Shown piece by piece: positions 1 to 10,037 of a stretch of DNA of 64,000 bases (position 1 is its first letter; the number at the start of each line of letters is the position of its first letter). Source of the stretch: Rhizaria sp. SCN 62-66 (taxonomy: Eukaryota); the NCBI GenBank assembly GCA_001724265.1, contig MEDY01000115.1, positions 1 through 64,000 on the forward strand, read 5' to 3'. A model generated the notes under the pieces. That model was not told where the DNA came from. It saw only the letters and a list, made by a program, of their open reading frames with translations, and ran no database searches. Both the position numbers and the translations under genes were made by a program.

Positions 1-289
1 CGATGGACTATTTCGCTCGTAGTGAAATAGAAAAGTGCGCACCAAGGCGCGAAAATCGCGGAAAACACGTTTTTTCATAAACCTCTACATCAGGGGTATT
101 ATACTATGCTATGAAATTTTTTTGCCCATATAGGTCTTTTTTTAACAATGAAACGTATTTTACTAAGTAAAAAGAGATTACACACCCAAATATATGTTAC
201 ATCCGACATTAGAATGTCGATCGTACAGTAACAGTATACTCTTGGTTTTCCGAAACATCTCCATTGTGAAAATCTGCAATGTGCCAAAC

Positions 290-810
290 CATGGAAAAGT
301 TGGGCTGCTCCTAGAATTTCGTTTCAGTCAAGTCGCCTTCGATCAAGCTCCTCCAAGGCCGGTTTTGTGTGCTGCTCTTGAGACAGCTGCTCAAACTTAT
401 GAAACATTACGACTTGCAAATGATGGTGCGGGTCTCCTGGACCTTCTTTCTGACTACGTAGGACAAATCACAGGTTAATCGCAGATTCAAGAGAAATAAT
501 AGTCAGATCAAGTTGTTCAAGTAGTCTCAATTACGTAGTAAATATTTGTGGTTGAAAGAGCCTTTGACGATGAAGTAAGAGCAAGCAAATGTATTTCAAC
601 TTCATCTCCAATATCTCGGGAAGCGGGTCTGAGGCCAAAAGGGGGGTCCCCTCTTATCTGACCGCATCTGGACAGTAAGGATATATTTGCAGCTTGCACA
701 AGCACTATGCGACTGGGCTCCAGCGGCGGAATGTTGTCGCTGCCGTGATGCCGGCAGTGCCGATCTGCGTTAGCGTGGACATTGAATGTCCGCAGAGCAT
801 CTAGATTTTG
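290..810 (+). pseudogene. Possible highly decayed paralog of the adjacent Cys-rich surface protein
   Basis: Fragments in shifting frames with TAA/TGA stops. FDQAPPRPVLCAALETAAQTY resembles FATNKRPTQALYNTAIDVFSKATY of gene 830..2062. DSKDIFAACT resembles TTSNVFAECT of the 2650..3440 relic. Terminal Cys fragments (ECCRC, ICVSVDIEC). Similarity is weak and judged by eye. Confidence 0.3.
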
Positions 811-829
811 GCTTGAAGCTTACTGTGTC

Positions 830-2062
830 TTAGAGCATCGCACCGAAGACAATGGCGATGGTGGCAAGCGCGAAGACAGCCATAGCAGCAGGTCCGTTGC
901 CAGCGGCCGAGTTGGCTGCAGGCTGAGCACAAACACCATTGCTGCAGAGCGCAGTCCAGCAATCACTATCACTGTGGCAACTCTGGCCCGCATTGCACGC
1001 ATAGCAGTCGCCCTCGTTGTTGCCACAGTCAACATCACTCTCATCACTGTCTCGAACATTATTGAAGCACGTGGCAAGCAGCGCAGACTTCATAACAGCT
1101 GCACCCGTGATATCTTTGTGCCCGCGGGGGAGACGGCCCTCCATATAGGCCAAAGCCGTGTCAGTCGTGAGAGCAGCATACATCGAGTCCAGTGTGAAGT
1201 CGATGGAAGGCACAATCTTAATCAAGAATAAAAGCGTGCCCGTGCTAGCCCCCAACTCGGACACCCGCGGAGACAACTTAATCTCGTTCTGCTGAACGAT
1301 AGTAATGGAGGAGTTACTCTCTGCCGCGACGACTGATTTCGCCCAAGTAGCAAGGGAAGCAGTGTTGACATCGGTACCAGGAGGATAGTAGAGAGCGCCG
1401 CCAATGCCAACCGAGCTCGTCACAATCGCGGACTTGTAAGTCGCCTTCGAGAAGACGTCAATAGCGGTGTTGTACAGGGCCTGAGTAGGACGCTTGTTCG
1501 TGGCAAAGCTCAGTCCAACGTACAGTGCATCCTTGTTTTGAAGCTCAGAATAGATTGCAATGTTGACCGCTCCGCTCGCGTATGAGCTGTTGTACGGCGA
1601 GGAAGCACCCGCAGAGACGGCCATGGAGTAGATGCCACTCGGGGGGTTCTGCAAGGACGAGCAAGAAAGGAACAATTTCTCACCACTATTTACCGAGATG
1701 GAGGACAACAGTGTAACGCCATACGCATGGACGCCGTTATAAATGGAGTGCAGACTACCAGTTGACTCGAACTGAGCACTGGCGTCATTTTGGTTGCATG
1801 TTGTGTAAGAAAGACGGCAGCGAGGGCTGATCGAGCTTGCCCAAGACGATGGGAAGTTGGTTAGCCGCATCACGACGCCTTCATCATAGGAAAGCGCAAT
1901 GCCATACGAGCTGGTCATCTGTGCACAGACGGTGTTTTCATCACCGGTGAGCGTGCTGTCAGCGGTGATCTCCACGTCCCACGGGAACAAGGCAAGAACG
2001 ACGGGGGCAAAACAGCTTACCAGGACTGCGGCAAGAGCACACAGAAGGCGGCAAGAACGCAT
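830..2062 (-). CDS. Intronless secreted/cell-surface protein (410 aa) with signal peptide, C-terminal Cys-rich module and probable GPI-anchor signal
   Basis: ATG at 2062 gives MRSCRLLCALAAVLVSCFAPVVLA, a signal peptide. Module TCFNNVRDSDESDVDCG-CYAC-GQSCHSDSDC-LCSNGVC. Small residues followed by a hydrophobic tail (AMAVFALATIAIVFGAML). TAA stop. Confidence 0.8.
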   Translation of the reverse strand: MRSCRLLCALAAVLVSCFAPVVLALFPWDVEITADSTLTGDENTVCAQMTSSYGIALSYDEGVVMRLTNFPSSWASSISPRCRLSYTTCNQNDASAQFESTGSLHSIYNGVHAYGVTLLSSISVNSGEKLFLSCSSLQNPPSGIYSMAVSAGASSPYNSSYASGAVNIAIYSELQNKDALYVGLSFATNKRPTQALYNTAIDVFSKATYKSAIVTSSVGIGGALYYPPGTDVNTASLATWAKSVVAAESNSSITIVQQNEIKLSPRVSELGASTGTLLFLIKIVPSIDFTLDSMYAALTTDTALAYMEGRLPRGHKDITGAAVMKSALLATCFNNVRDSDESDVDCGNNEGDCYACNAGQSCHSDSDCWTALCSNGVCAQPAANSAAGNGPAAMAVFALATIAIVFGAML

Positions 2063-2649
2063 TTTGAAAACGCGAAACCTAAAATTGAAGATAGAAAAAC
2101 AATGATTTAAAAAGAAAAGAGACACAAACGCATTTAGTCATGTTGGTGAAGTGAAATCATGCGAGTTAAATACTTGGACTCCGTGTGTGCTTTCGATGGA
2201 TTGAGAGCGTGGAGATAAAACTCGAATTACGACTAGAAACGAGTCTCTAATTAACAAACAAAAAATAACTTAGATATACAATATACACAATAAATATTAT
2301 CCGCTGATCAAATATCACTACAAGGCATCTAAGAATGTGATTATGACAATGCGATGGTGGAGCGTGACTGGTCCAGTCTCTGCGTTTCAGTTGGAAGGAG
2401 CACGGCTTGTTTTCCAAATGTTGTAAGTGCCTCTTGACAACAATAGTTGGATTGGGAATTATGTGGATTGAAACATTCGATAGATTTGCTTACACAGAAC
2501 AGATCGCTGTTGTCAGGAAATGTGCTGTAAGTGTGCATTTTCGTGTTACAATGTAGTTATATCAAAGCTAAGCTTTTGTTTTCAAGGCGATGTAGACATC
2601 TCTTTTGCCTGTGATACTAGCATTTACATTATCAGCTCTTGAAACGTGG

Positions 2650-3440
2650 CTAAAGTTGGTTTTTTGAACACTTTTCTAGGGCCAGTGATAGCAGCTGAGT
2701 TGGCTCCAGCATCAGCGCACTCACCGTTGATGCACAAAGTGGTTTAACAGTCTTTGTCAGCACTGCACAACTCTTCTTTGGGCCGCATGCAAAACAGTCA
2801 GTTCCCCTACATGTGTCAAGAGTGTCAATGGATTGAACAATGCTAGGAGTGCACTCCGCGAAGACGTTACTAGTAGTATAACATGCTCGTGTTGGGGAGC
2901 AGATAGGAGCCATCAGGCATACTTTCCGTCAGAAGATAGATGCATTAATACTACTTAGTAGTTGGAAGACCCAAGGCTATTTGTTACGTCATCGATGTTC
3001 TCGAAGTATTCTAGCGCTGGAAGAAACTTTGCCTCCACATAAAGAATGCCGATGTCGGAACGCTGAATATACATTTGTTTGCTACCCAACAAGCTCTCAA
3101 GATCACCGTTAACACTGTTGTTGAACTTGGCAGCCTCTGCCGCGGCCCATTCCGCTGACGTTTTGTTCTGACTTGTTCCATGGGGATCGTACGTTGCCGA
3201 GCTGATTCCAACCAGCCGATAAACGGGCTACTCATCGATTGCAGCGGTATTAAAGGCCGTCATCACTGCAATGTAGAAATACAGTTCCTGGGGCATGCGC
3301 GTGTTCTCCGTCAAGAACTGTAACCCGACACTGATTGTACTTGCTGTGCCGCGCTCAGACAACACCTCGAAGTCCCTCCCTCCACCCGAATAGAGGCTGT
3401 CATAAGACGTGGCGCTACCGGCAAACACGACGAGCTTGTA
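2650..3440 (-). pseudogene. Disrupted tandem paralog of the 830..2062 surface protein (C-terminal two-thirds)
   Basis: AGSATSYDSLYSGG..ISVGLQFLT matches AGASSPYNSSYASG..LYVGLSFAT. VGISSATYDPHGT matches VGIGGALYYPPGT. DCFACGPKKSC matches DCYACNAGQSC. Contains an in-frame TAG (3228-3230), a TAA (~2955) and frameshifts. No 5' part seen. Confidence 0.7.
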
Positions 3441-4195
3441 GAATACTAGTACAAAATACATACGAAGTAAGCTTATATTAATAAGTACATTAGTGTACTT
3501 ACATATATGTACTAGTACTAGTATTAATACTCGTACTCGTACTAGTCACGTGCTCTTACGTACCATCTGAGGCTGCTATTTTACTTGAATTACATGATAT
3601 ATTGACATTTAACATTTTTTTCACATAATACGGGAGAATCAAGAATTACAATTTCTTAATGTCCGTATATGCAATTTCTAATTATATTTTACTCACCCTA
3701 AAAGTTAAGTGTCATATTTCGTAGAGAATATAGAATTATATACAAAATTTCGACAGCGCACGATTTCAACAGCAATAAACACGTGGTTTTAACATTGAAG
3801 ATATGCAGAATTAGTTGTAAAAAGAATATCAAGCCTTTAATAATTTATGATATAGCTAGACATGCGTTTTTAAGGATTTATATGGAGTTATACCCACATT
3901 ATCTGGTTAAAAAACATTTCTGCCGTCAAAACAAACTCTTCGGAACCGAGAATATTGCAGTCATACTAAGTACTTACATGCACTCAAGGTTGGGTAACAG
4001 TGGATGCAAAGAAAATCACCATAGATAAAATAGGTCCGTATTGTTTGAAGCGGTTAACACACTTAAATATAAACAAGTGTCTTCGTGCCCTGCGGACATC
4101 GTACTACTAGTAGTACTAGTAATACTCTTGATACTAGTACGTACGCACAAGCAGGACTTATGAAATGTTCATAAGCTTACTAGTAATACTGTACA
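3440..4195. repeat. AT-rich segment bounded by ACTAGT/GTAC-rich imperfect inverted ends (possible decayed non-autonomous element)
   Basis: The left end (3440-3550) and the reverse complement of the right end (4100-4195) share GTAAGCTTAT...TAAGT...GTACTAGTA in the same order. It begins where pseudogene homology stops. Confidence 0.3.
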
Positions 4196-4999
4196 CTCTC
4201 GACCAACTCAGCCACCTCCGCCGAAACTGCCACAGAAGGAACCGCAGCGTTGTCGACGATGAAGTGATGGGACCGCGGAGAACCGCCGTTGGTCCTGCCT
4301 GGACTCGTCGTGCACTCGGACTGTGCATGTACTAATACAGGCGAGCAAAACACTAGCTAGCAAACGTACGTATTACTGTACATCCAGCCATAAAAGGAGA
4401 CCACGAACAGTCGTTGAAACTGCCAATAAAATGCAGAATTGGTTGACATATGTCAACCTCACCTGACTCTTAAAGTCAGTTTGGTTTCTTTGCTGCTCAC
4501 GGTCACTCGTCACTTGAAGGCACAGTCTCTCTGTTTTCACTCGCGAACCTAGCCACCTTCGTCCGACGCAGTGAAACAAACTATTATTTTTTATTGGATC
4601 TATAAACATAGCAGAGAATCTAACGATACTGGCCCTGCGACATCAAAGTTGTTGGTTTGTGTCTACGCTGAGGCGAAGATACTGATGTTACATGACGTGA
4701 CACCTAAAGGCGCTCTCACAGTCACCCACAGCACTCAGAGTCACCCAAACAAACACAACAGTCAGTAATATAAGTTACTGACTCAACGTCTCACATTAGA
4801 TTCACACATGGTCCATGTGTACGTTCGTTACAATCCCCATAATGTTTACAGAGCTTATCTAACAGATACTTGCCGTCTTCATGATCAAGAACTGTCGTTA
4901 CGAGTCTCAGAAAGGTCCTCTTTGTCCCAAACTAGGCTGTCACTCTTGTGCCTGTGTCTAGCACATGAAGAACCTCACGTGCCCGTCCCATTGATTCAC

Positions 5000-5958
5000 T
5001 CAGAGCTCATCCTTGTTTCCACTGCTGCTGCCGTTAGCAGCATCCTCACTTCCCACGGTGTTGTCGTACTCCGCATCCTCGTCGGGATCACGAGTCGGGA
5101 AAAACACGCCATCCTCCGTCACCCAGTGTGTGTTGTCATCCTGCTGCGCCGATGCCGACACCTCAAGCTGTCCAACAATCGGGCAATTACGGCAGTTTTG
5201 CTGGTTAAACGCATCGGCACGACGCGCGTACAGGGTTTGACCTGTGGGAACGTGGCGGAAACGGACCGGATGAGCGCGCTCCCAGTGGGTAGCGCCGGAG
5301 CGGATGCACTGAACCTCCCAGTTATCGTCTGAAGCATAGAACAACGATGCGAGAGCAGAACAAAAGCAAACAGAGCAAGGAACGAGATAAGGATGAGCTG
5401 AGTTTGATCAACATCACTGCATAGGAAAGGAGTCTTGACTACAAACTAAATAGAGTACCAAAAAGAGAAAAAAGCGCGATACAGATATACATATATTTGC
5501 AGAGAAAAGCGTGATCCAGAGAGAGTGTGCGTACCGCCGTTGGAAGACGCGGAGTCGAAGGCGCTGACTTCCTGGCGTCCACTGAGCGGCGAGCGGTGGT
5601 TGTGGGAGTGCAAGAACTTGTTCGTATTGCTGTGCAACAGGCGGATAATAGCGCCACAGCGAATGGCGTCGCCGTAGACGCAGGGCGGCTGTCCATCACC
5701 TTCACGAATGTTCCACAGGTCGTTGGTATCGGCGGGCGTCTTGCACGCAGTGACAGACTGTTGGCCAGAGCCAGAACCCCAGTTGATGGGGTGACTGTGG
5801 AGCATGTGCTGCGAGTTCTTGTGCTCAAGCTTCATCGTTGAGCCGCAGGTGACGAGCTTGTACTGCGGGGCGTCCTCGGCGAGAGCAGGGGAAGCCGTGG
5901 TGGAGACGAGCGCGATGGCAACGCAGGCAATGAGCGCCAGCCAGGGGCAGTACCTCAT
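5000..5958 (-). CDS. SDF2: Stromal cell-derived factor 2-like MIR-domain ER protein, 250 aa; exons 5958-5535, 5328-5000
   Basis: Signal peptide; VTCGSTMKL, LHSHPINWGSGSGQQSVT, LHSHNHRSPLSGRQEVSAF, GDDNW across the splice junction, WVTEDGVFF; C-terminal KDEL; TGA stop. Confidence 0.93.
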
Positions 5959-6367
5959 GGACAGCGGGCTGTGGGGCACAAGGAACAATGAGGAGAACGT
6001 GAGTAAAAATGAAGAAAGTTGCGTGCGTTTTTATCGCCAACATATCAGAATTAGATCATTTGACGTTGAACCGGTGACACAATAGACTGCGTTTGTTTTG
6101 CTGACCGTCCTCGATTTTTCTGGTCGGATCGGATTTTTCGGAACCGACCAAATAATTTTTGCTGCCACCACAAACCAAAACCGATGAACCCTACTCTTTG
6201 CTGCTTTGTGGATGCGCTCTAACAATCGTCACAAGCGTAAATGAATAGATGACCCAGGTTATCACTATGGTTACTATATGATATATCAATGATATACTGC
6301 AAGGTTCTTTTCTTACGTCAGTATCTCTCTACTAATCTGCCCCTACCTTCTCAGTCCCACACCTTCG

Positions 6368-8357
6368 ATGTCAGCCGACGCCCCCGCTGCCTCGGCTGCT
6401 GCTGCAGCAGCTACAGCAACAACTGTGGCCGACTTCCCCGCTTTTCGTGACGCCCAGTCTGGCACTATGGGTCCCGCACCGGACGCCCGCATCATTAGCA
6501 AGTTCCCCGAAGGCGTTGATCTGAGTAACATCCGCAAGATCATGGCTGCTGCTGCGCAGCTTAAGAAGAGCGTGATTGCCGACGTCGACCCCTTCTGGGG
6601 CCGGCTGGCGCAGTTCACGCCTGATACCGACATCGAAGCTTTTACTGAGTCCCTTATTGACAACTACCACAGTACGTTTACGTTCGCTATTGATTCATTC
6701 ATTCTCCCACTCTTCGATATCCTCAACGGCGAACGATCTAACTGTTTGTCTTCTGTTCTGGCTGTGTTGTTTCTGTTATGCAGCGGATTTTGCGGTCGCG
6801 TGGACCTTTTGGCCCGATTTTCTGGTCCAGATGATGTACGCCGGCTGGCTCATCACTGCTGACTCGACGGGCCGCAAGAATGACGGCTCCTTCAAGCTCC
6901 AATGGCCCCTCCCCAAGCTCCACCAGTACGTCATCACATCTTTTGCACAACAAATTAAAGCAAAGAATATAAAACACAACGTGTGTATAAGTTTGAACAT
7001 ATATTTCCACATTCTTATTCCCTGATCTTTGCTGTGATATCTTGGTTTTTCCTATCAATACCAACAGACAGCGTTGCCTGCTGACCGACTGGTCCAAGCT
7101 TGCCGTCCACAGCAGCACCCTCCGCCGCGCAGCGCGCTACCGTCTCAGCTTCAACCTCGACCCCGAAGCCACTCTGCTGCACTGCGTCGAACAACACGGC
7201 GACTCATGGCTGTACCCTGATCTCCGCACTGCGTATCTCGCGATGATGAAGACGAACCACACGCGCTCCACAGTACACGTGTGGGGGGTTGAGCTGTGGC
7301 GCCGCGCGACCGAGGAGGAGCTCGAGGAGCAGCGCTCTCTCGCCGCGCAGCTTAAGGAGGCGGGGAAATCGCGCCCGGACGCGCCTGACTTCGGCAAGCC
7401 TAAGTACGCGACCGTCGGTGACACTGTTCGCAGGATCATCGAGACACCCAACGCCAAGAGTAAGGTGAAGTCGCTTGCGCTGCCCGGATGGGTCATGGTT
7501 GCCGGTGATCTCGGTGCGAGCGTTGGTGGCAGCTACTGCTCGATGACTGGATGGCGCGATCAAAGCGAGGATGGAGCTGGAACGTACGTCTAAAACCTAC
7601 ACAAAATACGCTCTATATCACGCTTATCTTATCATCACCAATATTAATTTCCCCAAAAAGCTTAAAATAACCTTTCACATCTATTAACCTATTTTTGTTT
7701 GTTTCGGTACGATATCGCAGCGTTTTGCTTGCTGCACTGGGCCGTCACCTGTGCGCCCGCGGTTTCGACTTCTGGGACTTTGGCATGAGTATGCCGTACA
7801 AGCAAGAGCTCGGCGCAGTCAAGGTGCCGCGCCGTGCGTTTGTGACGAAGCTGCGCAAGACCCGCGAGCGCACTGGCCTCTGGCTGGGTTGGGGCAACGG
7901 GACAGCTAAATCTCGCGATAACGATGAGGATGATGCAGAGTCTGCTCCTGATGGCGCGCGCAACGCTAAGGATGTCATCAAGGACGGCGCCGCCCGCGCC
8001 AACGACAGCGGTGACGCCAACAATACCAGCAAGGATGCTAAGGATGCTAAGAGCGCGAAGAAGACCGACGGAGCCGCCAATTGCACGACTGCTAACGCCG
8101 CGAACGCTGGCGAGGCTGCGACTGATTCCGGCAAGAGCTCTGATGCTGCTGCTGCTGCTGCTGCTGACGCTGCTGCTGAGGGTGCGGTGAGTAAGCAACA
8201 GCAGAAGCGCGACGCTAAGGCTGCTGCGCGCGCGCAGGCTGCTGCTATGACTCCAGAGGAACGCGCTGCTGCGTTTGCTGCGAAGGGCGCTGAGATTAAG
8301 GCCAGGCAAGAAGCCGCCGCCGCCGCCGCTGCTGCTGCTGGTGCGAAGAAGACTTGA
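6368..8357 (+). CDS. Leucyl/phenylalanyl-tRNA-protein transferase (Aat)-like / ATEL1-like aminoacyl transferase, 532 aa; exons 6368-6671, 6784-6925, 7068-7583, 7721-8357
   Basis: Motifs PKLHQQRC, CVEQHGDSWLYPDL, VWGVELW, MVAGDLGASVGGSYCSMTGW, GAGTVLLAALGRHL, GFDFWDFGMSMPYKQELGA-VPRRAF follow the order of the L/F-transferase C-terminal domain. Three GTACGT..AG introns keep the frame. TGA stop. Confidence 0.8.
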
Positions 8358-8823
8358 ACTGTGCGTTCGTTCAAGTTAAACTCGGAGAGATGAAACTAAT
8401 GCTGTTTTGCAACACCGAAAGTACTAATACCACGACACGATCTCTATCTCTACGATAGAGAAGGCTGGCCATGGAGGGGGATATATTCGTGCTTTCTGTT
8501 TTGTTCTAGTTACTGACGATGATATGTTCATCATGACAATGTTTTTCAAAAGAATACAAAAAACATATTGAAGATCGACGTTAACGCAACGATGACTACG
8601 TGACTGAGGAGATGAATTAGGTCTGTATGATTCAAAAGAGACGTAAACAGACATGCTGAATAGCGGGGGTGAACTAAGTAGTCGTAAAACAAAAAAACAA
8701 GCTAGGATAAGAGCAGCACAGATACGATAAACGCACGAGAACACATGGATGCATCGTTTGTTGGATCTTCTGCAAGGTTTTCCTGAAGTGCTTGTGAGCG
8801 ACAGCGCCATATACGCAGCGCCT

Positions 8824-9627
8824 TTACGCAAGCCTGGTGGCCTTAGTCGTCGGGGCAACATCAGTCTCGTCACCAGCGTCGTTGCTGCTGCTGTTGCTGC
8901 TGTTGGCGTCTAAAGAACGCTTCACCTGTCCAGTCACCTGCTGCACATTTGCGCTGACACCGGCAGTGTCAGTCACGCTTGCGTCAGTCATGGCGACAAG
9001 GGCGGCACCGGCACTCGCACTCACAGTGTTCAGACCTGCGTTTGCGTTGAGAGTGGCGATGCGGCGCGGGGACAACAGACCCATCCCTTCGAGGTCTTCC
9101 GTGGCAACGTTGCCGCGGCCACTGCGCAGCTGCGGCGGCACCAGAGCAAGCCTCGACGCCGGGCTCTTTGCGCCGGGCGTCACGACACTCACAGGAGTAG
9201 CGCCGCTCGCGTTGGAAACGCGAGAGGATGAGGCGGAGGAAGAGGAAGAAGAAGCGAGGTGCATAGTCGAGGTCGTGAGGGAGAGTCCAGTGCCGGCTGT
9301 GGGGCCGAACGCGGAGGGGATGACGATGCGCTCTTTCTTGTCTTTCTTGTCTTTCTTCTCCTTCTTGTCTTTTTTGTCCTTCTTGCTAAAGCTGGAGTTG
9401 TCCTCCTTGCTGTTGTTGTCGTCGTCGTCGTCGTCGAGACCAGGCATCACAACGGTCGTTGTTGCTGCCGCGCCTTCAGACTCAGGAGGGGCAGCCGCTG
9501 TGGGAGCAACGACAGCAGGGGCAGCAGGGGCGGCAGCAGCAACGGGCACAGCCGCTGTCATCGTTGGCGCCGTTTCGGTGTCGCTGTCGCTGTCGGACGC
9601 GTAGGCAGCGAAGAGCATTGCGCTCAT
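8824..9627 (-). CDS. Hypothetical low-complexity protein (267 aa) with conserved-looking N-terminal AYASDSD and LVPPQLRSGRGNVATEDL motifs
   Basis: ATG-to-TAA ORF with genome-typical codon use and a KKDKK repeat. I recall PPQL-GR-NV-TED from small uncharacterised eukaryotic proteins (not verified). Confidence 0.7.
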   Translation of the reverse strand: MSAMLFAAYASDSDSDTETAPTMTAAVPVAAAAPAAPAVVAPTAAAPPESEGAAATTTVVMPGLDDDDDDNNSKEDNSSFSKKDKKDKKEKKDKKDKKERIVIPSAFGPTAGTGLSLTTSTMHLASSSSSSASSSRVSNASGATPVSVVTPGAKSPASRLALVPPQLRSGRGNVATEDLEGMGLLSPRRIATLNANAGLNTVSASAGAALVAMTDASVTDTAGVSANVQQVTGQVKRSLDANSSNSSSNDAGDETDVAPTTKATRLA

Positions 9628-10037
9628 GGCGGTCGGCTCTGCTCTGCGAGTGTGGTGAGAAAAGAGGGAAAGAAAAGAGTCAGGAAGTCAGGGTTTCGAT
9701 CGTCAAATAGCAATGCAGTTTTATCACAATAAGCAAAATGTCAAAATCCCAATTCAAGCAAATATTGGTATCCTAAAAGGACCATCTACATGCTCATCTT
9801 CGTTTTTCCTTCCCGCCTTCTTCCACGCATTCCAGCACCCACCCCAGCCTCGAGCTCCCCCACCGCGCGACGCTCCTGTTGCACCAAACCAGCTCAACCG
9901 AACAACAGCAGTCTCCCACCAAAGGGAAATACGCCGCTGTTTTAGCTGATCCCCTCGGACTTGCCCCTCGCAACCGTGTTTGTGCTGTCTCTTCGCCCCC
10001 ACACCACAAACTACGCACCGCTAGTGCGGCAGCTCTC

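Noticed and set aside
3228-3230. In-frame TAG in the surface-protein paralog as evidence for recoding
   Set aside because: The same relic also has TAA and frameshifts, so it is uninformative.
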